Translations under genes and position numbers: made by a program
Source of the DNA: Candidatus Flemingiibacterium sp.
Lineage (GTDB): Bacteria > Bacillota > Clostridia > Oscillospirales > CAG-272
Length of the DNA: 64,000 nucleotides
Reading direction: 5' to 3'
Assembly (NCBI GenBank): GCA_045586505.1
Contig: JAZNAL010000053.1
Span: forward strand, 30,109-94,108
The notes under the pieces: generated by a model
The model's database searches: none
Told to the model about the DNA's origin: nothing
What the model saw: only the letters and a program-made list of their open reading frames with translations
Shown: one piece after another, positions 61,599-64,000 of the stretch
Layout of the letters: each line of letters starts with the position of its first letter
Numbering within the stretch: the stretch's first letter is position 1

Positions 61599-64000
61599 AT
61601 GAAGATTTCATTCTCAACCCTGGGCTGTCCCGATTTTTCATGGACAGATATATGCTCACTTGCCAAGGACTTCGGATTCCACGGCATCGAGCTCCGCGGT
61701 CTCGGCAAGGACATCTTCTCCGTACACGCATCTCCCTTCTCGGAAAAGAATATAGATAAGACAATAGCACAGCTTAAAAAGCAGAAGCTGGAGATCTGCT
61801 GTCTGTCCTCCGGCTGTGCACTCCGTTTTGCAGAAAAGCACGAGGAGACTATCGCCGAGCTTAAAGAGTACATAGCCCTTGCAAAGGCGCTGGGGACTCC
61901 TTACATACGCGTACTCGGCGACCTCACCGCAGGCCCTACTACCGACTTCGATGACGAGAATGTTATCGGTCCCATGAAGCTGCTTGCGCCCATTGCCGAG
62001 GAGGCGGGCGTAACTCTGCTTATCGAGACCAACGGCGTATATTCCGACACAGCACGTCTTGCGGATGTGCTTGCCAAGATTGCAAGCGACAACGTTGCGG
62101 CTCTGTGGGACTTCAACCACCCCTACCGCTTTAACGGTGAGCTTCCCGAAACCACCATCACCAACCTTGGTGCGTTCATAAAGCACGTTCATATCAAGGA
62201 TTCCGTGGAGGAAAACGGCAAGGTAGTCTATAAGCTGGTGGGCGAGGGTGATCTTCCCGCAATGGCTGATTACATGAAGGCGCTCCGTTCTCTCAACTAC
62301 GAGGGCTATATCTCCCTTGAATGGCTGAAGCAGTACGCTCCCGAGCTTTCCGACGCGGGTATCGTGTTCCCCCATTTTGCTCACTTTATGGAGCAGTATC
62401 TTGGCACCGCTCATGCGGCGGGACACCTTATTCCCAACAAGGCGGGCACGGGCATGTATGTATGGCCCAAGAATCAGCTTATTGATCTCACCTTCCCGCA
62501 GGTGCTTGACCGTATGTGCGAGGAGTTTCCCGATCAGTATGCATTCCGCTACACCGAGTGCGACTATACCAGAACCTACACCGAGTTCCGCGATGATGTT
62601 GACACCTTCGCACGTGCGCTTATTTCCATGGGCGTCAAGCAGGGTGACCATGTTGCAATCTGGGCGACGAATGTTCCCGCATGGTACATCACCTTCTGGG
62701 CAACCGTCAAGATCGGCGCGGTGTTGGTTACCGTAAACACTGCATACAAGATCCACGAGGTTGAGTATCTGCTCCGTCAGTCGGACACCCATACACTCGT
62801 TATGGTTGACAGCTATAAGGACTCCGATTACGTAAACATCATAAAGACACTTATCCCCGAGCTTGCGACTCATGAGGCAGGCAAGCCCATACACTCCCGC
62901 AAGCTGCCGTTCCTCAGAAACGTCATTACCGTAGAGTCAAAGCAGCCCGGCTGTATGACCTGGGAGCAGGCGCTTTCAATGGCTGAAAGAACTCCCATTG
63001 ATGCGGTATACCGCAGAGCGGCGATGATAAACAAGCACGACGTCTGCAATATGCAGTACACCTCCGGCACCACGGGCTTCCCGAAGGGCGTTATGCTGAC
63101 CCACTACAATGTTGTAAACAACGGTAAGGCAATCGGCGACTGCATGGATCTGTCCACCGCAGATCGCATGATGATCCAGGTGCCCATGTTCCACTGCTTC
63201 GGCATGGTGCTGGCAATGACCGCATCCATGACCCATGGCGTTACTATGTCACCTATTCCCGCGTTCTCCCCCAGAAAGGGTCTTGCGTGCATCAACAAGG
63301 AAAAGATCACCGCGTTCCACGGTGTTCCCACCATGTTTATCGCAATGCTCGGTCACGAGGACTTCGACAAGACCGACTTCTCGTATATGAGAACGGGTAT
63401 AATGGCAGGCTCCCCCTGTCCCATCAAGGTCATGGAGGAGGTCGTTGAGAAGATGCATATGCCTGAGATCTGTATCACCTACGGTCAGACCGAGGCATCT
63501 CCCGCTACCACCATGAGTAAGACCACCGACCCGCTGGAGCTTCGCTGTACCACTGTCGGACAGTCCATGTTCGCGGTGGAGACCAAGATCATCGATCCCG
63601 AGACGGGCGAGGAAGTACCCGACGGCGTTGACGGTGAGTTCTGCGCCCGCGGATACAATATAATGAAGGGCTACTATAAGATGCCCGAGGCTACCGCAGC
63701 GGCAATCGATGCCGAGGGCTGGCTCCATTCCGGCGACCTTGCAAGACGTACTCCCGACGGATACTATAAGATAACCGGCCGTATCAAGGATATGATCATC
63801 CGCGGCGGCGAGAATATCTACCCCAAGGAGATCGAGGACTTCCTTTATACCAACCCCAAAATCAAGGACGTACAGGTTATTGGCGTGCCCGACAAGCAGT
63901 ACGGTGAGGAGGTCATGGCTTGCATCGTGCTTAATGAGGGCGAGGAGTCAAGCGAGACTGAGATGAAGGAATTCTGCCTTGCCAATATGGCAAAGCACAA
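61599..64000 (+). CDS. Fusion protein of a xylose-isomerase-like TIM barrel (sugar phosphate isomerase/epimerase family) and an AMP-forming acyl-CoA synthetase/ligase. The C-terminus runs off the window.
   Basis: Absent from the track because there is no stop in the window. I checked codon by codon that one frame is open from ATG 61599 across the domain junction (around 62390) to 64000. N-terminal domain: MKISFSTLGCPDFSW...GFHGIELRG...LLIETN...ISLEW. Ligase motifs: YTSGTTGFPKGVMLTH, YGQTE, GWLHSGDL and GRIKDMIIRGGENIYP. Minus-strand ORFs 61656-62894 and 63249-63728 are shadows. Confidence 0.85.
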   Translation, partial: MKISFSTLGCPDFSWTDICSLAKDFGFHGIELRGLGKDIFSVHASPFSEKNIDKTIAQLKKQKLEICCLSSGCALRFAEKHEETIAELKEYIALAKALGTPYIRVLGDLTAGPTTDFDDENVIGPMKLLAPIAEEAGVTLLIETNGVYSDTARLADVLAKIASDNVAALWDFNHPYRFNGELPETTITNLGAFIKHVHIKDSVEENGKVVYKLVGEGDLPAMADYMKALRSLNYEGYISLEWLKQYAPELSDAGIVFPHFAHFMEQYLGTAHAAGHLIPNKAGTGMYVWPKNQLIDLTFPQVLDRMCEEFPDQYAFRYTECDYTRTYTEFRDDVDTFARALISMGVKQGDHVAIWATNVPAWYITFWATVKIGAVLVTVNTAYKIHEVEYLLRQSDTHTLVMVDSYKDSDYVNIIKTLIPELATHEAGKPIHSRKLPFLRNVITVESKQPGCMTWEQALSMAERTPIDAVYRRAAMINKHDVCNMQYTSGTTGFPKGVMLTHYNVVNNGKAIGDCMDLSTADRMMIQVPMFHCFGMVLAMTASMTHGVTMSPIPAFSPRKGLACINKEKITAFHGVPTMFIAMLGHEDFDKTDFSYMRTGIMAGSPCPIKVMEEVVEKMHMPEICITYGQTEASPATTMSKTTDPLELRCTTVGQSMFAVETKIIDPETGEEVPDGVDGEFCARGYNIMKGYYKMPEATAAAIDAEGWLHSGDLARRTPDGYYKITGRIKDMIIRGGENIYPKEIEDFLYTNPKIKDVQVIGVPDKQYGEEVMACIVLNEGEESSETEMKEFCLANMAKH

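Noticed and set aside
61656-63728. Minus-strand track ORFs 61656-62894 (412 aa), 62976-63236, 63104-63334 and 63249-63728
   Set aside because: They are antisense shadows of the plus-strand TIM-barrel::acyl-CoA ligase gene, whose translation carries textbook adenylation motifs. The minus translations have none.

Overview
This 64-kb chromosomal window reads like a Gram-positive anaerobe of the Clostridia type. That placement is an inference from AGGAGG-type RBSs, TTGACA-17nt-TATAAT promoters (often TG-extended), a T-box leader, an Etf-linked lactate dehydrogenase and a Gram-positive-style pel operon. I support about 55 protein genes, 5 tRNAs, 2 riboswitch-class leaders, several gene remnants and many promoters and terminators.

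Layout:
- 1-7.7 kb (-): cell-envelope operon of MBOAT, AlgJ-like protein, VanX-type peptidase, RCC1-repeat protein and Ig/transglutaminase surface protein.
- 7.8-8.1 kb: tRNA-Leu and initiator tRNA-Met.
- 8.2-11.7 kb: giant secreted protein.
- 12.1-15.0 kb (-): P-type ATPase behind a yybP-ykoY-like (Mn2+) leader.
- 15.2-30.5 kb (+): ten same-strand, mostly overlapping genes. These are pelD (with an N-terminal HD-GYP domain), pelE, pelA (deacetylase type), pelF, pelG, a CotH lipoprotein, a VTC-domain protein, a DUF4956 membrane protein, a PAS/EAL protein and a GGDEF cyclase.
- 30.8-34.2 kb (-): lctBCD-like etfB-etfA-FAD dehydrogenase.
- 34.5-34.7 kb: tRNA-Thr and tRNA-Tyr.
- 35.8-37.9 kb: MarR and ABC exporter.
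- 38.2-45.0 kb: complete F1Fo atp operon, with a Na+-type c subunit motif and a short epsilon subunit.
- 45.3-47.4 kb: DUF1538 membrane protein and a tandem P-II-like protein.
- 47.6-52.0 kb (-): leuA-ilvB-ilvN behind a Leu T-box.
- 52.2-54.2 kb: glycolipid glycosyltransferase and polysaccharide deacetylase.
- 54.3-59.3 kb: tRNA-Leu followed by a repeat-flanked, visibly AT-rich 4.8-kb islet carrying a sugar-acid cassette.
- 59.4-64.0 kb: ASCH protein, B12/radical-SAM protein and a TIM-barrel::acyl-CoA-ligase fusion that runs off the window.

The best candidate for an undescribed system is the CotH / VTC / DUF4956 module translationally welded to the pel operon and bracketed by c-di-GMP degrading, synthesising and sensing functions.

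The ORF track omits two real genes cut by the window edges (1-1835 minus, 61599-64000 plus). All family calls come from motif recognition by eye. No database search was run.
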